Part shown: piece after piece, positions 39,119-47,723 of the stretch | How positions within the stretch are numbered: position 1 is the stretch's first letter | Layout of the letters: every line of letters begins with the position of its first letter | Source of the DNA: a virus | Virus record (IMG/VR): IMGVR_UViG_3300025520_000005 | Length of the DNA: 64,000 bases | Reading direction: 5' to 3' (one strand) | Notes under the pieces: generated by a model | The model's database searches: none | Seen by the model: only the letters and a program-made list of their open reading frames with translations | Told to the model about the DNA's origin: nothing | Made by a program: the position numbers and the translations under genes

Positions 39119-39661
39119 GTGGTTATGAGCGAGTCTATTCATGACGCGATGTACCAAGCGACACTTAAGGATATGCTGGAACACTTTGGACGGAAGATTC
39201 TTAAGCCAGCCCGTGACATGCATCAATGGGGTAACTATGAATGGCCTCTGGGTGAATATGTTATCTCGGTAAAGTTCTCTGAAAACACTCAGGACACGCT
39301 CGTTCCCTTTATCATTTCTGAGACCGGAACAGATGCGGTATTACGCGGCTGGTTTGATATAAAGACGATGGTTCTTTCCAACCTCGATTATCCATCAGTG
39401 AAACACATCAACAACCTGTGCCATCGGCTGTGGAATATACTGCAAATGACCGAAGAGCCAGTTCCTCAGACACTTCCAAGTCCTCCAGCGATGCTCTTAA
39501 CCAACATGACCGACATCAACGATGAATGGATCGAATGGTATCGGCAGGAGAACCCGGGCACTTCCTACGCCAAGGCTATTCATACGGCTTTGGCACAGAT
39601 GACCGAAGAGTACAGAAAGCTCAAGGCTGTTGTCGATAAGTACTCCATCAACCGTTACTGA
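39119..39661 (+). CDS. Protein with C-terminal NPxWxxW-type module
   Basis: PAMLLTNMTDINDEWIEWYRQENPGTSYAKA. Confidence 0.7.
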   Translation: MVMSESIHDAMYQATLKDMLEHFGRKILKPARDMHQWGNYEWPLGEYVISVKFSENTQDTLVPFIISETGTDAVLRGWFDIKTMVLSNLDYPSVKHINNLCHRLWNILQMTEEPVPQTLPSPPAMLLTNMTDINDEWIEWYRQENPGTSYAKAIHTALAQMTEEYRKLKAVVDKYSINRY

Positions 39662-39671
39662 TCTATCTGGT

Positions 39672-39693
39672 CTGCCTAGGGATCCCTAGGCAG
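39672..39693. repeat. 22-bp perfect palindrome, probable terminator
   Basis: CTGCCTAGGGATCCCTAGGCAG followed by T-rich tract. Confidence 0.8.
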
Positions 39694-39725
39694 GCTACCT
39701 TTTCATACTTTCATTTATTTTTAAG

Positions 39726-39735
39726 CCTACATTAT
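39726..39735 (+). promoter_or_regulatory. Putative early promoter motif
   Basis: CCTACATTAT. Confidence 0.6.
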
Positions 39736-39772
39736 TAGTCTGTAGGTAAACTTATTAACTGAGGATAGTCCG

Positions 39773-40537
39773 ATGAAAAAAGAAGTTGAAGTAAACAAGA
39801 CCTTGGCTGCTGCTGGTGATCGCCCTCTTCCCGGTTCCAACATTGACGACGTTATTAATACCCTGGAAGCAGCACTGTCAAAAGTTCCCGCAAATATCCT
39901 AAAGAAGGCTCTGCCAACTAACCTGGATATTAAAGTTGTACTGGATGAACTACGCTGGGTAGCCAATCGCTTTCATGTATTCGAACACGGTCTCATTCGA
40001 ATCGCTCAGGGAACAACGATTGACGAACTAACACAGATTCTCGATACACGTGCAAGCGTCCTCTATTGGCTGTTCGATCGTGATAACGAAGGTCCTTCTA
40101 ATGAAGAGATCATTGCGCTGTGTAAACAGAGCAATAACCCCAAGTTCACTGATACTATCACCTTCCGTCGTCCGCCGGGATATAAAGGCGGTGAACCGTT
40201 GAAGTTGATGAGCGCTGCGCTGGATGCCATTCGCATTTACGAGCGTAACTATGGTCCGTTTATTCCTCAACCGGAATACCTGATCGCTCTGGAGCAAGAG
40301 GACGGTGGTGTTCGTCGGTTCGTTAACCCGGACTGGGTCGAGTGGTGGACTGAATACTCTGACCGCATCGTACACCCGTTGAACGAAGTGGAGAACCGTC
40401 TGCGAGAATCTTTCAAAGACCGTCCTCATTTGACTGCACTGGATGTCCGGGTTAAACATACACCTGAAGTACACGAAATCTTCAATGACGATGTTGAGCG
40501 TCATGAAATCATTGTTTCTTATCAAGCCTTCTTGTAA
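39773..40537 (+). CDS. Protein with NPxWxxW module
   Basis: GGVRRFVNPDWVEWW. Confidence 0.75.
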   Translation: MKKEVEVNKTLAAAGDRPLPGSNIDDVINTLEAALSKVPANILKKALPTNLDIKVVLDELRWVANRFHVFEHGLIRIAQGTTIDELTQILDTRASVLYWLFDRDNEGPSNEEIIALCKQSNNPKFTDTITFRRPPGYKGGEPLKLMSAALDAIRIYERNYGPFIPQPEYLIALEQEDGGVRRFVNPDWVEWWTEYSDRIVHPLNEVENRLRESFKDRPHLTALDVRVKHTPEVHEIFNDDVERHEIIVSYQAFL

Positions 40538-40555
40538 TCTAGGAGTATTTTTGTT

Positions 40556-41005
40556 ATGACCGATACAACCATCGCTGACGGTGCTGCGGGAACCTTCCTG
40601 GTCCCTACTGGATTCGAAGATTCCAAGGATTTCCACGAGTACTGGAAAAAGGTGTACATGTTCATTGCAACTGAGAGCGCGTTCCCTCAGCTGGTGTTCG
40701 CAACGAACGACAACATCTTCAAGCCTCTCCAAGGTCGGGTTATCTCTATCCAAAACGGTTACTGGAAACCGCGTGACGGCAGTGCCCAATCGATCCTTCT
40801 GTGCTTTATCGAACACAAGGGGGAGGAGACAGAGCAGCTGTTCAACATCATGACCCTCGAAAACGGCACGGGCGAGGTGCTTGTAATGACCACCAATACC
40901 AAGACGATCTTCACTGAGGAGGATCGGCTGGTAGTAGAAAGCTGTGTGATCTCGCTCAAAGAGTATCTCCGCATTGTTCCAGTAACTAAACCCACTGCCC
41001 ATTAA
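40556..41005 (+). CDS. Hypothetical protein
   Basis: AGGAG RBS; resembles C-terminal half of the next gene. Confidence 0.7.
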   Translation: MTDTTIADGAAGTFLVPTGFEDSKDFHEYWKKVYMFIATESAFPQLVFATNDNIFKPLQGRVISIQNGYWKPRDGSAQSILLCFIEHKGEETEQLFNIMTLENGTGEVLVMTTNTKTIFTEEDRLVVESCVISLKEYLRIVPVTKPTAH

Positions 41006-41021
41006 CAGGAGCAATACCGTT

Positions 41022-41885
41022 ATGACGGATACCCAAGTAGACGCCCCAATCTTCGGTGGCTTTGTCAAATACGACATTATCATCGAAGTCAAAACACTCT
41101 GCCGTAAGAGCAAGACCACTACGTGGGCTGAGCTGGTTCAGAACGGGTTTGCTGTAGGTGATCACAAATGGGATGAAAGCGACCTCGTTATCCAGACCTC
41201 CGGTATGGGTCATGCTCGCATGGGTCTGTTGACGAGTTACATGACCGACATGCACCGCTACATGAATCCACAGGTCGCCAAGGCTATTTTGCCCGAGCTG
41301 GAGGGTTCTGCTAACGGTCTGGGACACATCGTGCTGGTGGGTTATAAGGAGGGGAGTGATAAGACAGAGCCGTTGATTACTGTTCTCTTCGAGTTCACTC
41401 AACAGCCAGGCGGGAAAATCAAAGTATCCAAGGCAGCTCAGGATTACTTCGCCAAGGAAGCAGAGCTCAAGAAAGCTGAGGCTAACTCGATTACGTGGGT
41501 CCGTGATCTGCACGCCGAGCTCGAAGCTTACAAGGATAAGCATCAGGGCACCCCCCTTCTCGTGTACACGAATGATCCAGAGGTCCCGGCTTGTCTACGC
41601 GGTCGTAAATTCTCTCCGGCTCTCACTCGTGCCTACTTCGATGTCACCGGAAAGAAAACCGCAACTATCCATATCCGTGAGCACACTGCCAAGACTGAAG
41701 GGATAACCCCTCCTTATCTTTTCAGTCTTGTTGCGGAAGAGGGCGAAGACGGTAAGCTATGGATCAGCTACGAGGGCGAAGCAGACTTGAATGAGGATGA
41801 GTATACGACAGTGCAAGAAGTCCTTCTTGCACTTAAGGACGTAGTCACTAACCTGACCCCGCCACACGGCATCATCGAGCACTAA
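41022..41885 (+). CDS. Hypothetical protein
   Basis: AGGAG RBS, 287 aa. Confidence 0.7.
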   Translation: MTDTQVDAPIFGGFVKYDIIIEVKTLCRKSKTTTWAELVQNGFAVGDHKWDESDLVIQTSGMGHARMGLLTSYMTDMHRYMNPQVAKAILPELEGSANGLGHIVLVGYKEGSDKTEPLITVLFEFTQQPGGKIKVSKAAQDYFAKEAELKKAEANSITWVRDLHAELEAYKDKHQGTPLLVYTNDPEVPACLRGRKFSPALTRAYFDVTGKKTATIHIREHTAKTEGITPPYLFSLVAEEGEDGKLWISYEGEADLNEDEYTTVQEVLLALKDVVTNLTPPHGIIEH

Positions 41886-41951
41886 GTTGTAACCAAGGGG
41901 ATCATCGTATTGGTCCCCTGATCTTTAACCTTCTAGTAGAGTATTACCGCA

Positions 41952-42371
41952 ATGAAGCGGATGGTTGTTTACGTTAAGCGTCTCTTTTCTTTATACATGA
42001 CTCCTACTGGCTTTGGGTCTTCCCCGGACAGCGGATTCGAACCCATTCAAGATATTCATTACATTCCAGCCAGTGATGAACCATCCTTGTTTGGCGATGG
42101 ACCCGATGGTATTAACAATAACTGGCTGGCATGGTATTTCAAGAACAACACTAATAAAGGTTATGTCGCCGCAATAATGACGGCTAACCAAATACGCATG
42201 GGGCTTAACTGCGAACCGCCGCGTGTTTACAACAAGCGCTACCTTCCCCCTATTCTCGTGGGTCCCTCTAAACTGATTTCTCTTGAGTGGGTTATCTGGT
42301 ACCACTACGAGTTCAGTGTAGGTCTGGAGGACGCACATCAAACTGCTGTTAGCATTACAGGAAAAGAATGA
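41952..42371 (+). CDS. Protein with two NPxWxxW-type modules
   Basis: EPSLFGDGPDGINNNWLAWY and PPILVGPSKLISLEWVIWY. Confidence 0.65.
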   Translation: MKRMVVYVKRLFSLYMTPTGFGSSPDSGFEPIQDIHYIPASDEPSLFGDGPDGINNNWLAWYFKNNTNKGYVAAIMTANQIRMGLNCEPPRVYNKRYLPPILVGPSKLISLEWVIWYHYEFSVGLEDAHQTAVSITGKE

Positions 42372-42670
42372 TGGACAAGGTTCCTTTGATTGACTTGAAA
42401 ACTGGACGTTTAAATTTCGAGTGGGTCTATTGTTATTCCAAGGAAAACAACTGCGACGTTATTGCAGCCTTTAGAGAAGGGATGAACCAACTCGGTAATC
42501 TGTACATCCAGCTTAAGGACTTTCAACAGAAGTTCCTCGAGAGTCCACACGAAATGCTGCGTGAGTACGAAGTTTACTGCGGTGGGCAGCATGAGTTAGA
42601 CAGGCGCTTGGATGCACGGCGCCAAACCCCTAACAAGAATGCTCCAAGGCCACCAGTGATTTGCGATTAA
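42368..42670 (+). CDS. Protein with N-terminal NPxWxxW-type module
   Basis: VPLIDLKTGRLNFEWVYCYSKENNCDVIAA. Confidence 0.7.
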   Translation: MMDKVPLIDLKTGRLNFEWVYCYSKENNCDVIAAFREGMNQLGNLYIQLKDFQQKFLESPHEMLREYEVYCGGQHELDRRLDARRQTPNKNAPRPPVICD

Positions 42671-42681
42671 CATAATAGACC

Positions 42682-42712
42682 CTACCTACTGCACCTAAGG
42701 TGCAGTAGGTAG
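42682..42712. terminator. Hairpin between convergent genes
   Basis: CTACCTACTGCACC-TAA-GGTGCAGTAGGTAG, 14-bp stem. Confidence 0.75.
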
Positions 42713-42724
42713 TCACGTCTTTCT

Positions 42725-43822
42725 TTAACCGCTGATAACGCTGAAATAACGGTTGATCATGTTGCTGATCCGGCGGATGTTCTCGCAGGTAACACGCAGT
42801 TGTTTGATCGCTTCGGTAGTCAACTTCAGGATCAGGCGGCAAGCCTTCAAGTCCTTGTTGAACTTGTCCTGGTTAGCCTGACGCAGGTCTTTACGACCTA
42901 CCAATTCTTCCAGCTTCTTGATCTGACTGATCACGTCAGCCTTGATACCGCGGCTGATAGAAGCGGATTCGCTTTCCAGTTCGGTAAGGGCTTTCTGTAG
43001 GTCAGCCTGAGTGCGAGCAGCATCGTTCAGGGTACGCATGCCCTGAGGGATACGAACCCACTTTTCGATTTCATGACTGGCGTTGTGTTTCATTGCCGCC
43101 GCGTAGGTCTTGTACATGTCGTGGAATGCGGTCCCCACGAACTCGGCGCTGTGGTCTGCGGTAACAACGGATTGGTACGTCTTGTACTCTTCAAGCGCGC
43201 GTTGACAGACGTCGTCGAGCCCTTTTTGCATACGGCTGTTGATCTTGACAAAACGCTCGACCACTTCCTTGATCACCTGTTGTTGTTCAGGTGCGGGAAG
43301 AGCTTTGACGTCTTTCAGCTTGTGCTTGAGTTCTTGAGCTTCCGACTTCTCGCTCGGGGAAGTTTGGGAAGCATTAATGAACGCTTCGAGATCAGCTTGA
43401 GAACGATGAAGCTGTTTAGCCAGATCTTCGCCTTGCAGAACACGGTGACCTGTGAGGGCTGCGAGGTTGGCTTGGTTCTGTTTGAGGACCGATTCAGTTT
43501 CCTGAACAATGTTTTTGCTGCGGTCACCACCACTCCCCAAACCGAAGAAGTTCAGGATAGCATTGAACATCTTCTTGATGTATTCCCAAACCTTGCTAGC
43601 ACCTTCGCCGATGGACGAGAAGAAGCCTTCGTTGCCCGCGATACGCTGACGGTAGGAAACGTCACCAGTGCCGTTCAAAACACCCCACATGTAATGCTGA
43701 GCGCGGGAAAGACCCTCGGTCCCTGCAACGTCGGTCAACGTATCGCTCAGTGCGTCAAACACTTCGTCGATATGTTCCGAGTCGTGTAATTCGGTATTAT
43801 CGCTATCAATAACCATGTCCAT
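42725..43822 (-). CDS. Probable internal head (ejection) protein with cleavable propeptide
   Basis: Acidic N-terminus, AGTEG and AGNEG sites, then amphipathic FFSSIGEGASKVWEYIKKMF helix typical of phiKZ inner-head paralogues. Confidence 0.6.
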   Translation of the reverse strand: MDMVIDSDNTELHDSEHIDEVFDALSDTLTDVAGTEGLSRAQHYMWGVLNGTGDVSYRQRIAGNEGFFSSIGEGASKVWEYIKKMFNAILNFFGLGSGGDRSKNIVQETESVLKQNQANLAALTGHRVLQGEDLAKQLHRSQADLEAFINASQTSPSEKSEAQELKHKLKDVKALPAPEQQQVIKEVVERFVKINSRMQKGLDDVCQRALEEYKTYQSVVTADHSAEFVGTAFHDMYKTYAAAMKHNASHEIEKWVRIPQGMRTLNDAARTQADLQKALTELESESASISRGIKADVISQIKKLEELVGRKDLRQANQDKFNKDLKACRLILKLTTEAIKQLRVTCENIRRISNMINRYFSVISG

Positions 43823-43908
43823 GTAATGCTCCGCGGTCTTTATTTGGGGTTGATGTTAACATAAAATATCACCCCGCCAATAATCTATAAACTGTAAGGA
43901 AAACTGTT

Positions 43909-44505
43909 ATGAAACCTTTTGTATTTGATCCAACCTTGGAAGCTGTAGAACAGGAACGTCAGATCATTGGCTGGTTCCGTGACTACCCTCCGAAGAACGC
44001 CAAAGCTCTACTTAACCGTGTTTTGCAGATCTATCACATGGTTCCAGACTTTGCTCAGAAGTCGTTCTGCAACACCCTGTTGAACGGTAACGTTAAAGAT
44101 CCAATGGCGGTACTGGCTCAGTTTATCTATGAGATGGATTCGGTTCCACAACTCATCGAACAGCTGAAGCGTGAAGGTAACCACGGGATGGTTATCTACC
44201 GTCAGAAGTTTTACGGGATCAGCTTGGTTACTAACAAGAAGTGGCTGAGCAAGAAAGATTTACACCCGTGGACCCCCGAACAAGAAACCGAAATCTGCGA
44301 ACAAGCACTGGATCAGTGGATGATCGAGAACCGCGTTCAGCACTTCACTGAAAAGGTTGTGTTGTTTCAGCAGTATGGGTTTTCTGGAGTGGCTCGTTTA
44401 ATGGACGTCAAGATGGACGATGAGTCTTGGGAAGAGGTTAAGAAACTTAAGATCACCGATCAACTGGCCAAGTACCTGAACCCGGAGCCTGAACATGAAG
44501 ACTGA
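43909..44505 (+). CDS. Hypothetical protein
   Basis: AAGGA RBS, 198 aa. Confidence 0.7.
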   Translation: MKPFVFDPTLEAVEQERQIIGWFRDYPPKNAKALLNRVLQIYHMVPDFAQKSFCNTLLNGNVKDPMAVLAQFIYEMDSVPQLIEQLKREGNHGMVIYRQKFYGISLVTNKKWLSKKDLHPWTPEQETEICEQALDQWMIENRVQHFTEKVVLFQQYGFSGVARLMDVKMDDESWEEVKKLKITDQLAKYLNPEPEHED

Positions 44506-45190
44506 TAAGCCAACACCGGAGTACCTTGATACTTTCCTTAAGCGTCTGACAGACAAGGAATTGAATGAGCTTATTGTTACACGAGCCCACCACGACAACC
44601 GGGTTCCGATTGAGTTCGCTTCCTACACCAGTGGGGTTAGCTGCGGGATAGATAATGATGGGTATAAGCTGGCTGTGATAGAAGCCGCTCGCCGGGCCGA
44701 AAGAAACTTTGAAGGACTTGGGTTATCTCCACAGGCCCTTGAGTTACTTAAGCCCGGTCGTAAAGTTAAAGATAACACCGACCCTATCATTGAACTCAAC
44801 CGTCTTGCGGCTGGGGCGGTTGAAAGACCCTTTAGTAAACGGATAGGTCAGCGAGAGGATGATGAGGTCAATCCAGTAACTCTCTTGAAGGGGTTTGATA
44901 TCCCGTTGACCAGTCCTTACGGGGCTACTCGTCCTTCGCCTTGGTTCAAAGAGCAGCGGGACGGTCGCAAAACCCCTTCTACTGAACGCTTCGAAAAGTT
45001 TGTAAAGGAAGTTCCTATCCACGAACTCTTTGAGATGGGCGATCTGATTGTAGATAATCCAGTTGTACGTGGGCTGGGTGGTTATCATTCTTTGGCACTG
45101 AATCAAAGTGAGACGGTTTATCATACTGATCTCCCGCTTATCTATGGAGAGATCAAGTCTCGGTTTAAACAAATGGGGGTGGTGAAATGA
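44495..45190 (+). CDS. Hypothetical protein
   Basis: Coupled ORF, 231 aa. Confidence 0.65.
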   Translation: MKTDKPTPEYLDTFLKRLTDKELNELIVTRAHHDNRVPIEFASYTSGVSCGIDNDGYKLAVIEAARRAERNFEGLGLSPQALELLKPGRKVKDNTDPIIELNRLAAGAVERPFSKRIGQREDDEVNPVTLLKGFDIPLTSPYGATRPSPWFKEQRDGRKTPSTERFEKFVKEVPIHELFEMGDLIVDNPVVRGLGGYHSLALNQSETVYHTDLPLIYGEIKSRFKQMGVVK

Positions 45191-45468
45191 GTTTTACATC
45201 TATTAGCTTTTCCATGGGTGACGGATCAAAGGGATGGAGTGGTGCTTCGTTTAAACCCGAGCCGTCACGATTCCCGTTTGCTTGGCCGGATGAAGATAAG
45301 TATCGGGCTATCTTCGAACGTAAGTACGAGATCAAACCAGGGCAAGTAATCACCTGCCGTCGGGAGGGTGACTTCCTTCGGTTCACCAGACGGGAGTTGA
45401 TCGGCGTCTACTACCACTATGCCCCGCTGGAAAGTGTTTACAGTCCGGTTAAGAAACTGCTGTGGTGA
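45187..45468 (+). CDS. Hypothetical protein
   Basis: ATGA overlap, 93 aa. Confidence 0.6.
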   Translation: MSFTSISFSMGDGSKGWSGASFKPEPSRFPFAWPDEDKYRAIFERKYEIKPGQVITCRREGDFLRFTRRELIGVYYHYAPLESVYSPVKKLLW

Positions 45469-45617
45469 CAAGGGTCCCGGTCGGTAAAGATCACTGCGGT
45501 AGAACAATCTACTCGGTTACTTATGGTCATGGCATTGAGTTTGGGGTTTATATAAAGGACATCTTCTGGTTGTATTGGGATTTGTCCTTTGAACCTTATT
45601 TGGGGGTAAACAAATGA
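45465..45617 (+). CDS. 50-aa ORF missing from the ORF track
   Basis: GTGA overlap upstream, ATGA overlap downstream; MTRVPVGKDHCGRTIYSVTYGHG... Confidence 0.55.
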   Translation: MTRVPVGKDHCGRTIYSVTYGHGIEFGVYIKDIFWLYWDLSFEPYLGVNK

Positions 45618-46072
45618 GTAACTTTTTGAAGGACTTGGGGATAGCAGTATTACCTCCCCACGTGTTAAAGCTTCCTTTTATCGGGTCGTTTATTAACGGC
45701 GGGCATTACATCGCTCATCCTTCAGAGCCACCACTCTTTAGCCGGAAAGAAGCTCACTACAATGAGATCTGGACGGACTGGTTGTGGTTTGTTATGAAGT
45801 ACGATCCTGATAACGGGGATAACTTTGACTATCGTGTTCACAAGTGCGATCCAGAGTATCACGAAGTACTCCGCAACATGGCTCAGAAGTTAGGCGAGGC
45901 CATCCTGAGTGATCTGGAGAAGCCAGGGATTATCCTCCCCAAGCAACCTCCTAGACTCTGGACCACTAATGGGCGATACGTTTCCCATGCGTGGGTACTG
46001 GATACTGCAAGACGGGATAACATGCCTATTCACGAGGCGGTTGCATTGGGCTGTTCGATGAGACCTACTTAA
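45614..46072 (+). CDS. Protein with two NPxWxxW-type modules
   Basis: PPLFSRKEAHYNEIWTDW and PPRLWTTNGRYVSHAWV. Confidence 0.65.
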   Translation: MSNFLKDLGIAVLPPHVLKLPFIGSFINGGHYIAHPSEPPLFSRKEAHYNEIWTDWLWFVMKYDPDNGDNFDYRVHKCDPEYHEVLRNMAQKLGEAILSDLEKPGIILPKQPPRLWTTNGRYVSHAWVLDTARRDNMPIHEAVALGCSMRPT

Positions 46073-46075
46073 GTT

Positions 46076-46315
46076 ATGGAAAAGACGATGAAGAAATATG
46101 CGGTTTCGATCATTGTTGTAATTGTTCTTGTGATAGCGGGATTGTTCTTACCGAGGTTAGTCGAAGCCATCACAACCTTATCATGTGTAGATGATATCGT
46201 TGAAGGTACTTCGGTTTCGTTGTGCACGGGGGAGCTCGATACCGCTGAATGCAATGCCCGTCTTGCTGAAGAAAAGACTGAGGCTTATAAACGAGCCGTA
46301 GAGAAATGTTCATGA
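46076..46315 (+). CDS. Small single-TM protein with Cys-rich exterior part
   Basis: Hydrophobic N-terminal helix, four Cys. Confidence 0.6.
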   Translation: MEKTMKKYAVSIIVVIVLVIAGLFLPRLVEAITTLSCVDDIVEGTSVSLCTGELDTAECNARLAEEKTEAYKRAVEKCS

Positions 46316-46336
46316 GACTTAAGCGAGGACGCTAGC

Positions 46337-46588
46337 ATGATCTACGACCACCTTTTACGTGAGTGTTTACGTAATGTCTCTTTACCGGTATTGCGCAAAG
46401 TAGACGGTAGTATAAACCCTGACTGGAGAAGACTTAAAAGTTTCATTGAAGAGCGTGAAATTCCGCAAGAGGAGATCGACAAAGAAATCGCTCACGATGA
46501 TCGGATCATTGACGAGATGGTCGGACTCTTACCCGCTCCACAATACCCATTACCTGAAGATAAGGAACGAACTTTCCATGAACGTTAA
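46337..46588 (+). CDS. Small protein with NPxW module
   Basis: LPVLRKVDGSINPDWRRL. Confidence 0.65.
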   Translation: MIYDHLLRECLRNVSLPVLRKVDGSINPDWRRLKSFIEEREIPQEEIDKEIAHDDRIIDEMVGLLPAPQYPLPEDKERTFHER

Positions 46589-46838
46589 GAAAGTACGTTG
46601 GCGTATCCAGCGAGAACTGGATTCAGTACTTAATAGCCATTTCGTGTTGGACGTTAAGAAACAACCGGTTCTCCCTATGGAGGACCAAGACCGAACCGAG
46701 TGGTTGTTGTGGTGTTGCTTTACCTATAGCTGCACCATGCAAGAAGCTAACCATCGTTACAAGCACAACGTGGGGATGATGAAGCGAATGGCGGAGAACA
46801 TCAGAAAACGCCGGAAGACTAAGTCCGCTAAGGTTTAA
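46578..46838 (+). CDS. Small protein with degenerate WxxW module
   Basis: ATG at 46578 after AAGGA; QPVLPMEDQDRTEWLLWCCFTYSCTMQEA. Confidence 0.6.
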   Translation: MNVKKVRWRIQRELDSVLNSHFVLDVKKQPVLPMEDQDRTEWLLWCCFTYSCTMQEANHRYKHNVGMMKRMAENIRKRRKTKSAKV

Positions 46839-46856
46839 CTTGTAGTTCTATTCAGG

Positions 46857-46866
46857 CCTACATTAC
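46857..46866 (+). promoter_or_regulatory. Putative early promoter motif
   Basis: CCTACATTAC-TAGG. Confidence 0.65.
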
Positions 46867-46904
46867 TAGGACGTAATACCTTACATTGATTTTGTTACCG
46901 AGGA

Positions 46905-47723
46905 TTGTTTATGCATTACCTTAATGATGAAGAAAAGAAAATCGTGACGTACTCTAACCGGCACGCATTCCCTCCTCGTCCATTAACGGATATCGAGAAG
47001 ACGCTTGCTCGGATCATGTTTGTGCGGGACATCCCGACTGACACCAAAGGCGACATCCTCGCCAAGGTGGACGAGATCAACCTGTTGGTTAACAAGCTCA
47101 AAGAACTCACCGCTAATAACCGTCTGGCGGACAAAGTGAAATCCGCGTTGGTTTCTCCTGATACGTTCGACGAGTTCACCGAGGGTTACCCCTACGCCAA
47201 GTACAACTACATTATTAACGGCAACCCTAAGTTGTCTACGCTGGTGCAGTTAGCGATCGACGGGTTCAGTGAGGTGCAGGTCCAACAACTGATGCGCTGG
47301 GTATCCCAGGTTGCCTTTGCGTTCTACGCGGGTCTACCCAAAGGTATCGACACCTTTATCTGGACACCGCACACCCGGCACTACCACACCCATGCCATGT
47401 TCCAGGCTACGAAGGACAAAGCCTTCTACGGTTATACTCTTCCGCCTCAAGAACAAACCCTGATTAACACTCTCTTCGCTGATAAGGGCGTCGATAGTCG
47501 TCCGGGTGGTAACCTGTGGGCAATGCATCACGTTCGCCGTACAGAGCTCCACAAGCAGCCTGAGGTATGGGCTCGCATGGGGTGGGGCGACATCGCTAAA
47601 GAAGTCTTCAACACAGGTCTGGAAATGAACTTTGGTTATGATCTTGCCAACGGTCCTTACTGGTTCCTGGAGTTGCGTCACGAGAAGACCAACAGCCGTC
47701 TGCGCTTCATTGTCGAGGGATGA
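46905..47723 (+). CDS. Hypothetical protein
   Basis: 272 aa, GAGG RBS; His-rich patch HTRHYHTH. Confidence 0.7.
   Translation: MFMHYLNDEEKKIVTYSNRHAFPPRPLTDIEKTLARIMFVRDIPTDTKGDILAKVDEINLLVNKLKELTANNRLADKVKSALVSPDTFDEFTEGYPYAKYNYIINGNPKLSTLVQLAIDGFSEVQVQQLMRWVSQVAFAFYAGLPKGIDTFIWTPHTRHYHTHAMFQATKDKAFYGYTLPPQEQTLINTLFADKGVDSRPGGNLWAMHHVRRTELHKQPEVWARMGWGDIAKEVFNTGLEMNFGYDLANGPYWFLELRHEKTNSRLRFIVEG

Noticed and set aside
40028-41119. 363-aa minus-strand ORF
   Set aside because: Spans three plus-strand genes, of which 40556 and 41022 have good RBSs
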